This document shows positions 12,048-22,390 of a DNA stretch of 64,000 nucleotides, piece by piece. The DNA is from Camelus dromedarius (taxonomy: Eukaryota). Under the pieces are notes generated by a model. It saw nothing but the letters and a program-made list of their open reading frames with translations, was not told where the DNA came from and searched no databases. Where the stretch lies: assembly GCF_036321535.1 (NCBI RefSeq), contig NC_087438.1, positions 1,614,001 to 1,678,000 of the forward strand. The letters are read 5' to 3'. The stretch's first letter is position 1. The number at the start of each line of letters is the position of its first letter. The translations under genes and the position numbers were made by a program.

Positions 12048-13309
12048 CTGATAATAATACAACGAGCCCTGGGTTGTGTCCGGTTAGGTCCCTTCTGCTA
12101 CTGCACAGCCGCGGCTGTTGGGTTCCAACCCATTTCTTGCTGGCGTCATTTAGAAGGCCCTTTGTGCTGGAGGTGGGCATAGCACCATCTTCCGGACCCT
12201 CCTCCCCCTCCCCTACCTGTCTGCCCGGTGCCCCCACTCGCCTAACCACCTAACAACGTCAGTTCATCATCACCCACCTGCCTCTGCCTTCCCTCCATCC
12301 TTTTATTCCAGGCGGAAGAAACCCCTTTCTCATCTTAGGAGACAAATGCTCCCTCTGCTCAGTAAGAGCAGTCCCCCTTCCCTTCCTTCACACTCACACC
12401 TCCTGAGAAGCTCCCATCACTGCCCTCCTCTGTGCTGTCTCACCGCCCAGCAGCCCGGACTCCCGCCAGGCCGGCTGGAGACCAGCCATCCCGGACCCAC
12501 AGGCGGTCCCGCCCCGTCTGGTCACCCAGGCCAACTGCTCGCTGCCTCCCGGAACGGCCTGCAGGGGGCGGCTCTGTGAGCTTCCCTCTGTCTTTGTCTT
12601 TCTGGAAACTTCTCCACAATCTGCCCTCCCCCTCCTCCCTGTAGGCTGAGGTGGGACACAGCGTTCCTCTCCCAGAAAGAACTCACACAGCTCTGCCAAC
12701 AGAGAAGCTCCAGGCGATGCCAGGGACGTGGGCGGGACGCTGTTACTAAGCCAGCAGAGCCTTCATCTTCCGGAGCTGCCAGCCTCTCACCAGAGGGACG
12801 AGTGTGAGTGCGGCCACGCCCCGCTCTGACCTGCCCGGTGTTCCATGTGGCTGCGATCCAGTCTCAGCGCACAGAAGATAATTGGAGCCCATAAAAATTC
12901 TGATGCTCAAATAACAGTAATACAACTTTATAAGTTTTTTTAAGAGCTTATGATTACAGTAGAGTAAATGATTCCTTGCTGTTTACTAGCGATCACTGAA
13001 AGACTTACCAATACTCACCTTGTTGGCTTGTATTTCTCATTTGCAAAATAGAGTTAACAACGTGGGGGGACACGGAAGCACTTCGGGCACTGATACCATC
13101 CTTCCGTGAATTATTCATTACGTGACCCTCGTTGGTTTGATGGTGAACTGACATGAATGCTTGGGGAAGACATCACACAGGAACCTCGAACTTTAATGCT
13201 GCCAGGAATTAAAGTGCCCACTATGTAGACAGGGGTGCCCTTCATGCGGGGAAAGAACTGCTCCGCAGACACTTCCTGTTGTTCCTTTCACAAAGCCTTT
13301 GGCTTTTTA

Positions 13310-13460
13310 TGACGCCAGGCATTTTGCAAACAATCCCATATAATCCCCCAGCACTCCTTCAGTCCTTCGAGGTGGAAACCACTCTTCTCCGTGCACAGAC
13401 CAGTGAGCTAAAGGGAGCGTCAGAAACGTGCCCAGGGTCACCACACCGCTAGACCGTCAC
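13310..13460 (-). mobile_element. MIR SINE remnant
   Basis: gccaggcattttgcaaac...taatcc...gtgcccagggtcac motifs. Confidence 0.45.
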
Positions 13461-13624
13461 GCCCACAGCGCTCTAACTTTGAGCGACTCGGCGCAGCACC
13501 TGCGCACAGACTAGGGGGCACACTAGGGGCCCTGACTCATCCTGGTTAAATCCAGGTGGTAGAGCCTGGCAAATCTGTGCCAAGCCCAGAGAACCAATGA
13601 AATCCTGGAAGTGGGCTAGCGCTG

Positions 13625-14060
13625 CGTGTCCAGTTATCCGCTGCTGGGCAACAAAGGACCCGGTTTAGCAGGTGACAACAACCACTGGTTTATACCGCGG
13701 GGCACCGCGCCAGGGCCAGGAGCTCAGGCGGGGCTCAGCCCGTTCCATGCGATGCGGGCTGAGGCCTGCGGCGCTCGCCTGAAAGACCTGGGGGGCCCAA
13801 GGTAGCCAGCCTCACACACCTGGAATCCGCGCGGGGGCCGCTGGAAGGCTGCGCGCGGCCGAGACCGTCCCCTGAGTCTTACTCAGGGGCTCTGGCAAGA
13901 CAGCCTCCAGCTATTCCAGCTGCTTCTGCGGTGGCTCAAAGCCACCCTAGAGAGTGCTCCGTGATGATAGGGAGGCCGGGGAGCTTCTGCCACATTCGAT
14001 GGGTCACTAAACCTGCCCGTCACCCAGGGGAGGGGACGAGACGGGGCATCTCGAATCTGC
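13625..14060 (-). mobile_element. Degenerate MaLR LTR (MLT1-type), unusually CpG-rich
   Basis: Begins tgtccagttatccgctgctgggcaacaa; gggccaggagctcaggcggggctcagc; ttctgccacattcgatgggtca; caggggaggggacgagac. Confidence 0.55.
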
Positions 14061-15650
14061 CGCGACGAGCACCAGCGCCCTCCCGCAATGTGTCCAGTCA
14101 AGCCCCGCCTTCGGAGTTCGCGGTGACACGGACACCAGCCTTCGCACCACCCCCGTCATCCGCATCCACCTTCCGCCCAATCGCTCGTCCTTCCACACAG
14201 CAGTCTTTGTGCGTCTGGTCTCCTCTCTACAAACAAAGTGCCTCACGGGGCATAATTAGGTCATTATACTCGCTCCCCTGACGTAAGTTACTTGGAAAGC
14301 CTTCTGCCTTGGAAGGAGTTCATCTCCTTGGAACCCAGGTTGAATTTCTATCTCAGTGACTTGAAGACCACCCACTCGCCATGCTCGCGCATCTATACCC
14401 CTTTGTTTCCCATATGAAGCGGAACAAAGCAAAGTGTCTTGACAGCCAGCCTGAAATGAAGCACAGCCTCCCGCGGGGGATAATGTGTGGCGCGCGGCCA
14501 ACGCGCCCCGGCCGGCGGCGGCTGCAGCGGGTGGGTTGGGGCCTGCAGCCCCGGGGCGGGGCCGGCTGTGCCGGGAGAGGCCCCTCTCCCTCCTCTAAAC
14601 CGCCGCGACCGCGCCGAGCAGTCGGTTTTGTGAGTCTGCGTAGGTCGCTGCTAACAGGTGCTTGCGGGCCTTCCCTCCGCTCCTTCTGCCTGATCCCTTG
14701 GTGGACCCGCGTCTCCTGTAGCCGCATCACCAGGCCGTAGTTAAACAGCGCCAGGCCCGCCGGCCTGTCCCTCCGGCACGGGGTCCTCCGAGAGCCCGCC
14801 CTCGGGGTTGCCCGGTGGAAGCGCGGCGCCGGCGCGCAGGCGTTCCCGATTACGCGGGCCCTTCCTTGTTGTATCACTTTGCCAGTCAAAGTTCCTCTCT
14901 TACTTGCCTTCCAAACGAATCGTATTTCCCAGATTACTGAGCCCCCAGGACTCCGAAACACGAGTCGTGGAGTCCAAGGGGACATGCATCCTCTGGGGAG
15001 AGCTCGCTCGGACACGCAGTCTGGGTCCTCCCCGACCCCGCGCGCACCCTGCGCTCGGCCCGGCCCCGTATGACTCGCGTCCACGAAGCCACTAACGTCA
15101 CCCCCTTAGAATGGCGGGGGCTGGAGAAAGGAAAGGACCAGCCACTCCCAAACGCCCCCTGGGGGCGGGCCTCGGTTGAGACGTGGTCACCGGCCGCCGG
15201 GTCCCACGTGTGCTCCTGGGAGGGCTGTGCCCTCTCCGGGGTGCTCGGCCTCCCCCTCTACTGAGACTCACTCTCCCACCGAGGTTCGCGCTTCAAGGCA
15301 GCTCACCGCCTGCCTCCCGAGCAGCCTGAGGGCGCCTCCCCCGGGGGCCCACTGTTACCTGAAGCGCTCACCCAGTAATCCGTCAAAAACCACCACTAAT
15401 TTGAACTGTGATCCAAAGTGTGCCATGTGACCTCTCAGTGGTCAGAACTATCATGGCGTTAGGTGAGGACAAGTGACTGCAAATGTAGACGAGATGTAAG
15501 TCTGCCTAGCTACGGAAACTGTGGCTCGCAGCCGCGGGCGTGTGCTGTGCGGCCGCGCTCGCAGTCCGGCCTGCCCGACTCCGCTGCGGCGCTCACGGCA
15601 GTCTTGCCCGGAGGCAGGTGTGCAGTTCTCTCAGTTTCCTTCCAGTCTTA
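13690..15650. promoter_or_regulatory. CpG island / probable promoter
   Basis: Dense CpG and high GC; GC box GGGGCGGGG at 14553-14561, CRE-like TGACGTAA at 14279-14286, CCAAT near 14177; splice donors on both strands (minus AA|GTAAGA at 14903; plus GTAAGT at 14283 and GTGAGT near 14630). Confidence 0.75.
14904..15060 (-). other. Candidate first exon of a minus-strand transcript
   Basis: Lies in the CpG island and ends at donor GGCAA|GTAAGA; ATG at 14989 with A at -3; 5' boundary is a guess. Confidence 0.3.
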
Positions 15651-15759
15651 GCCTTAAACATGGAAAACGGGCGCTTTCCTTCCCTGTTACCAGCACACTG
15701 TGTTCCTCACGAAACTTTGCAAGATCGCCCTGAAAGGTTTTGGCAGTTAGAGGTTTTCC

Positions 15760-15925
15760 TCTGAAGCCGAGACTCCTTGTCTTACTTGGGTGACATGCCA
15801 CATGACTTCCGTCACTTTGTGTTCTTCTTTCCTTAGGATAGAGCGGAAAACATTGTTACCTCCATCAAATAGTTTTAAGTGAATTCCAAGTATTGTAAGA
15901 GTTAACGTATTCTGCATAAAGACAA
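15760..15925 (+). mobile_element. MIR SINE remnant
   Basis: cttacttgggtgac...tacctccatcaaatagttttaagtgaatt pattern. Confidence 0.4.
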
Positions 15926-16847
15926 TCGAAATCTGCCTCCATTTTAAAAAATAATTAACTCAAATAACTTTTATTGCTAATAACAGAGACCAAATCAGGT
16001 TAGATTAAGACAAAATGAATAATTTGTTGTAAAGAATCAGGGTGGCCTGGGAACTTCACAGACGTAAGCCCAGACCAGCAGCCGGAAGGGAGGTGTGAGC
16101 TCTCAGCTGGTCCCTGCATGGATGTGTGTCATCCGGGTCACTGTCCTTCCTCCTACCTGTGGTCCAGCCACCTCTGCACATTCGCACATGGGGAACGATG
16201 GCCAGGTTGCAGCTGCCTCAGTCCACAACCTTGTCCCCTCCTTTCAGGGGGACAGTCCACACATCTCTGAATCTTTTTGTCCCAAACCCATATTCCTGGA
16301 ATGTGAAGGAGGGGGCTTGAGTCAGGTTTCCAGTGATCCAGAGTCAGGGACCCTGCAGCAGGCACTGTGGGCTGGCCCAGTCCCTACTTCTCCTGACCAC
16401 CCCGCCTCCACATGTCAGGGGGAGAGAAGAGGGGTCAGTTTTGGAACCCCCTGGCAGCTAAGGCAGACACACGGCTCAGCCGATGAAACACAAGTCTACA
16501 GGGAGGTGGGGGCCTTTGATGACACAGCAACCCCCTTCCCGCTCCCTCCTCCTTCCTGCTTGGAGCATGCTCGAAGCTGCAGCAGCCATGCTGTGACCAG
16601 GAGGCAGCAAAGAGGACCGAAGCCAGCAGGTAACTCACACAGATCACACCTGACAGGCCCATCCTAACACGTGCAGCTGGAGAAGAGGAGAAAGGGGGCC
16701 TCGGGCCCTGAAATGCTGGTGAAATCCAACAGCCAGTTCTCTGGGGATAATACCTGGTTTCGAGTGTTTGCCGTTTTCTGTGATATAAATGCTCCCAGCC
16801 AGTTCAAAGCAGCTGATGGTTTACAAAATGCATAAAAAGGTTACAGC

Positions 16848-17320
16848 AAAGAAGATGGGGTATATTTATACAATGGAATACTATTCAGCCATAAAAACTG
16901 ACAACATAACACCATTTGCAGCAACATGGATGCTCCTGGAGAATATCATTCTAAGTGAAGTAAGCCAGAAAGAGGAAGAAAAATACCATATGAGATCGCT
17001 CATAAGCAGAAGCTAAAAAAATTAATAAATAAAAAAAAATAAATAAATACAAAACAGAAACAGACTCATAGACATAGAATACAAACTTGTGGTTGCTAGG
17101 GGGGCAGGGGGTGGGAAGGGACTGGGAGTTCAAAATGTAGAATAGATAAACAAGATTGCACTGTGTAGCATAGGGAAATATATACAGGATATTGTGGTAG
17201 CTCACACTGAAGCAGAATGTGACAATGAATGTATGTATAACTGAAAAATTGTGCTCTACCCTGGAATTTGACACAACGTTGTAAAATGACTATAACTCAA
17301 TAAAAAAAAAAAAAGTTAAA
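16848..17320 (+). mobile_element. 5'-truncated camelid-type L1: ORF2 C-terminus, 3'UTR and poly(A)
   Basis: Translates YIYTMEYYSAIK...FAATWMLLENIILSEVSQKE (L1 ORF2 C-terminal region), followed by L1 3'UTR and AATAAA merging into a poly(A) tail. Confidence 0.93.
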
Positions 17321-17955
17321 AATATACATTAAAATACCCTGAGCCTTCTAAATGACTGTATGAATGACCAAAAATTTTATTATAGTTTAAGAGGTCATAC
17401 CACAGCCATATGTCCATTTAATGCTTTATTTGTAGAGTAGTAAAACAGAGACTCTTGGAAAATGTCTAATTATAATGGGAACTTGTTTGCAATTTCTTAT
17501 AAACATTTTTTTCTTCTCATAGAAACTGAAAACATTTATAAATGTTGATTACTTTCTTGAAGTGTGGTACTCTAGGCTCTGACAAAATTATATTTGCCAA
17601 GAAATAATATATAATACATTCATATGTTGCAACCAAACAGAAGAACATATAAAGTTTGTAAAAGTCCCTTGAACGTTCCTTCTTTATTTTCAAAGAATAT
17701 ATCCTTGTTGGTTAATGTTTCATTAGAGAATAAAAATTAAATGAATGAATGTTGTTTGTCAAAAAAAAATAAACTATTTTGCTTTGCAAAAAAAAAAAAA
17801 GGTTACAACAGCATCTTGCCAGCTGGTAGGTGCCAGTTCTCATACTGCCGACACCTCATGTGTCTCAATAGGAAAAAGTTATCAATCAAGTCAACACTCT
17901 TGATAACAAAGGAAAACAAAAGAGGGTTTGTCCTGCTGCTGGGTCAATACACCTT

Positions 17956-17992
17956 CACAGCCAGTGGAATCACAGCCAGTGGAACCACAGCC
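17956..17992. repeat. 15-bp tandem duplication (cacagccagtggaa(t/c)) x2.5
   Basis: Directly visible. Confidence 0.85.
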
Positions 17993-18489
17993 TGGTGGCT
18001 CTGTGGAGCTTAGCTGAGGCCCCCCCCCGCCTGCCTGCACTCCTGCTGTGGTCTGTCTTCACCCATGAATATCCCAGCATGCATTTCTAAACCTGAGACA
18101 CACCCATCCAAGTCACCCTGCCACCATCCTTCAGGTGGGCGTGGCCCGCCCTTGAGAAACTGAGGCCTGGGAGAGGCCCGCATGGGCCACAGAAGGGGCT
18201 CAGAGCTCTCTGGGCAGGAATTCAAGGATCCCTTGACTCCTGGGGGCAGCTTTTCACACAAGGGGCCGCACAGAGGAGTTGGGCAGGAGGGGCCCCCCAT
18301 TGCCAAGGACCCTTTTGCCCAGGTGTTAGGTGAGTGTTGGAGGCTGGGCTCCTGAACACAGCCTGGACCCGCCCTGGGAGATGCATAAGCCCTACTTATT
18401 GAACCCACTCTGAGGCAAGTCATCAGTAATTTTCAGCCAATATATCCTCACAGATCTGCCAATGAAGAAAAAAAAAAAAAAAAAAGACA

Positions 18490-18900
18490 GAGCAGAAATA
18501 ATCATGAAGGAAACACTAGAAGAAAACTACTATCATATCATTGTGAGCAACCGGCCACAGTTCCCGGATTTGGGGAGCATTCCAGTCACTAATGTATGAA
18601 TAATGACTGGTGTGTATTTGGTGATTTCCTGGTAATTCTTTTAGATGATGAAGGCACAGAGAAACTGCACTCATTTTCCCTGGAAGAAAAATAAGATACT
18701 GTGTAATATCATTTTCTAAAGGGACGGAAATGACCTTGCCTCAGACTTTTTATCTGTAACATGGATGCCAGAAGGAAATATAGCAAAACTTCCAATCTGG
18801 GGGCTAAAAGCATAGTTTCAAAGAGTCTGATCACACCCCCAAAAGGGTTCAAATTTCTGTTAAACACACGTGAGCTCAATAATGCCAGGTTTCAGGCCAT
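18490..18900 (+). mobile_element. Ancient L1/HAL1 ORF1-region remnant
   Basis: aaataatcatgaaggaaacactagaagaaaact and tcagactttttatctgtaacatggatgccagaagg resemble L1 ORF1 sequence. Confidence 0.45.
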
Positions 18901-19676
18901 GTACCACAGCTGTGCCCACCCCAAACCCTTACATGGAGACGTCCCTGGAGTCGAGGTGCAGAGAGATTTCTTCATAACAGTAACTTGAAAAAAGAGAGGA
19001 GGTATCAGGAGAAAAGACTGGTGGTCAGCGATACCTCCGGTGGGACGGATTAAAGTGCAGTCATTCTTATATCCGCTATAAAATAACGAAATATTCCAAG
19101 CCAATCTTGCAAAATCAGACTGCTTACATAAAGTGTTAAAACTGCAATAATTCTGTAATACTAGCAGGTTCTGAAGTACATTTTCCAGAACGGGTGGAAA
19201 AACAGAAATGGGGGGTGTGACCTCCCGCTGGGAGCACACAGCACACAACAGACACTCGTGACGCTGCTGGGTAGAGGAAGTGCCATCGCCCCCTTTCTAA
19301 TCAGAAAAGAATCACGTGGACTTTGGAAATAAAAAGATGCTGTCCCTGTGAGCTGACCGAGGAAAGAGGTTGCCCAGAGGTTGCTGACGGGTTTGAGTCT
19401 AGTTCGTGTGAGCTGGGCCAGGGCGGGAGTTTTCAAGCACGTGGTTTCTGGATGTGTCCTTGGGGCCTGGAACAGCGCCTGCGCAGAGGAAGTGCATCAT
19501 GGTGGCTGTTAAGTAAATCACGGTTCTCAAGGAAACCACTGAGAAGTGGCCTAATGTCCCAACATCACCAGGAAGGGATGAGCCCTGGCAGGTAAACTGG
19601 CCAGATGGGGAACCCGGGTCTGGATCCCAGGTCTGCAGGGGCATGGTCACCTTGCAGGTCAAGATCTCACTTCTCA

Positions 19677-19805
19677 GGAGAGGGTATTGCTCAGAGGTGG
19701 AGCACAGGCTTAGGGTACACAAAGTCCTGGGTTCAATGCCCCGAACCTCCATTAAAAAGATAAGTGAAAAAATATCTTACTTACCTCCTCCCCCCACAAA
19801 AAATA
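19677..19805 (+). mobile_element. Camelid-type tRNA-derived SINE
   Basis: ggagagggtattgctcagaggtggagc (A box) ... gtcctgggttcaatgccc (B box) ...acctccattaaaaa, A-rich tail. Confidence 0.88.
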
Positions 19806-20782
19806 TTTGTCCAATGATTGCACAAATAAATGAATTTTTTTAAAGGTTAAATTTATTTTTAAAAAGTCACCTCTCTCCCAACCGAGATCAGTGGCAGAAA
19901 TCCCCGGATCAGATTCTGTCAGTGGATTTATCAGCGGGACATGTGGGTATTGAGTGACACATGCTGACATCAGCTCTTCTGCAGCCCCAAATAGCTAGCT
20001 GGAAAGTGGGGGCTTTCCTGGGTCCCCCTAAGCACAGTGACCAACCACATCAGGGTTCACTTCCAGCCCAATGTGCAAAAACACCAAAGTCTCACTGAGC
20101 TCTGGAACAGCCAAGAGGAATCCACGCCCCCAGATTACTTGGGACATCAGCCTGGGCACCTGTTTCATTCCACGGTGACTGTCCGCGAGCAGACACAGCT
20201 GATACTGACGGTGATTCCATGCCCTCCAGAAGCAGGTTATAGTCTCCTAGTTTCTTAGACCACCTGATTTTCTGTGCCTGTGAATCCCTAAGTAACAGGG
20301 GAAATTATTCAGCAAGCATTTTAAGCTTTTAAACGTGGAGTCTTTCATTCTTTGAGAATTTGAAAGATTTTAATTCTTTTCTGAATCTCAGCTATCCAAA
20401 GTATGATGATTTTCAGCAACTCAGAGAATTAGTTAGGTGCCATTCATACCTGCTGTCGGTTTTAAGAAGTGTAAAGGAAGCTGATTTCCAGATGGATGTG
20501 AGCTCTCCAACTGAACTCCAGCTGAGGCAGTGACACGGGGTCGAGAGGGAAGCGCAGACCAGTATTCGCCAGGAGCCGTGCCCAGTGTGGTTTTCTGCAC
20601 ATCAGGCCCACAGACCCAAAAACTCAGGAGCAAGGAGCTTGCTCAGGGCAACTGGTCAGGACCCACACTGAAATTTCGGCTCTGGCCAGTCTGAATTTTG
20701 CTCTACGTCAGGCCAAGTATTCAAAATTCAAAAGTGTTTCTCTTTAGTTCAAGATCAGAAACGTTACTGCTGGAAGCTAACA

Positions 20783-20866
20783 TTTTTTTTAAATGCAGGT
20801 GCTGAGGACTGAAGCCAGGCCCTCGTGCCTGCTGGGGACGTGCTCTACCACTGAGCTGCGCCCTCC
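20783..20866 (-). mobile_element. Camelid-type tRNA-derived SINE (short form)
   Basis: Reverse complement ggagggcgcagctcagtggtagagcac...ggcctggcttcagtcctcagcacctgcatttaaaaaaaa. Confidence 0.85.
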
Positions 20867-21014
20867 TTTTTTAAACCACATTTTGTTTTATTGGAAAAAC
20901 AGTGCAAGGGATGGAAGTGTTTGTAAATACATACTTCAAAGGCACTGATCCACTTGTAAACAAATGTAAATTTGCATGAATTTTTCAGTCTTCATTTAAA
21001 AAAGAAGAAACCTT

Positions 21015-21097
21015 GTTGTGTATGCATGACTGGGACACTGTGCTGTACCCCAGAGATTGATGCATTGTGACTGACTGGACTTCAATTAAAAAAAAAA
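21015..21097 (+). mobile_element. Extremely 5'-truncated L1 3' end with approximate TSD
   Basis: tgtatgcatgactgggacactgtgctgtac...acttcaattaaaa; flanked by aaagaagaaacctt and aagaagaaaactt. Confidence 0.8.
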
Positions 21098-22269
21098 GAA
21101 GAAGAAAACTTATGGCTTAAAATCACCTTAAGTGATCAGCCCTGCCGTCCATCCTTGGACATAAACTATGACAAGGAATGAGCCGGGTGTCTGGGGGCAC
21201 GTCGTTAATCTGTGCTGTGAAGCAGGTGGTTATTAAATGATCACCTCATGGTACTAACCCAAGGTCATGAAGCCGGGCATGAAGGGCAGAAAACTGAGAA
21301 TTCTGCCCAGACCAGAGTATTAGCGTGCAATTTCAAATCATCTCTGCCAATCCATCCTCAGGCGGCTCTGCACAGCAGGAAGGAAGGGCTGACAGACCCT
21401 CTCACCAGCGTCGCAGCATCACCTGGCGCGATGTGGCTGAGCTACCTCCACCACCCCGGGTCAGAACTGCCCTCTTGCGGGAAGCACGGATTGCTGGAAA
21501 GAAAAGATGCGTTTCCTAAACTGTCTTGATTGGAATCTGCCTCCTTATGACTTCCCAGCTTTGGCTTTTCCTACAATATCAAAGGATAGGTTGGACCCGT
21601 GTTTTCCTGACACGCCTTCTATTTCACTACCTAGCCTCCTCCAGGCTGGCGAGGTGCAGGGACTCCACGTGCCCCTCCCCCCACGCACACCCACAAGAGA
21701 AGTGCATGGGAAGCAGGCACTCCGCCCCCACAGAGGAGTCGAAATCGTCCTTAACGTCTCCGTGATGCCAGCATCATATCTCTGATTTCTATTGCTTTGC
21801 AGAATACTTCAGACTTACTCAAAGGATCCTGGGACGTTTTTCTATGAGAACTTCTTCTAAGATCGGAATCTCCCTTTTCAATTCTTCCACCCAGCACTAG
21901 CCAGGGGTGCTGAACCCAGAGATGTGACAGGTCTGTCCCACTGCTCGCCAAGCCCGGGCGCAATGGGCTGTTCTCTGCTCACCGCACCTCGATCTTTGCA
22001 ACACACCTGTCATCCCCGGGACCATCTCTACTTTTCTGAGTAAAGAACCTGCCTCCAAGTCCTCCAGGGACCCTTGCTGAGCCAGGGGCGGCTACGAGGA
22101 CACAGACCGAGTTTTCTCCTCATCAGCTCTACCTCCGGGGCACAGGATCTGGTGCAGCCAACACGTGGCCGTGGTGGGTGGACTTACTGAAAACCCACGT
22201 GGACCCCAGAGCTGGGTCCAGCTATTAGCACTGACAGCTCTGGCTCCTCTGACCCTTAGGACAAACCTG

Positions 22270-22390
22270 CCACAGTGGGTTCCAGCATCATCCCGGTTCC
22301 AGAGGGAGACTGAGGCAGCAAGAGGTCCCAGCCTGGTCCAAGGTCCTGCAGCCTTTTGTCAGTGGCACTTGGGCAGCCTGGCTCCAGCAT
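22270..22390 (-). mobile_element. MIR SINE remnant
   Basis: atcccggttccagagggagactgaggc...tccaaggtc core motif. Confidence 0.45.

Noticed and set aside
11325..12062. 245-aa minus-strand ORF
   Set aside because: Non-ATG start, no recognisable domain, runs through a splice donor; typical GC-rich shadow ORF.
9727..13889. Short perfect interrupted palindromes (9727-9745, 12014-12028, 13869-13889)
   Set aside because: Stems of 7-9 bp are expected by chance in 64 kb; two lie within old repeats; too short for pre-miRNA.
14353..15084. 243-aa minus-strand ORF in the CpG island
   Set aside because: Arg/Gly/Pro-rich translation expected from stop-poor CpG-island DNA; overlapping ORFs in several frames.
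16789..17016. 75-aa ORF with conserved-looking YTMEYYSAIK motif
   Set aside because: It is the L1 ORF2 C-terminus of a truncated retrotransposon, not a host gene.
19677..19752. tRNA-like sequence with A and B boxes (also 20783-20866, 62683-62794)
   Set aside because: Diverged, with A-rich tails and no intact cloverleaf: tRNA-derived SINEs, not tRNA genes.
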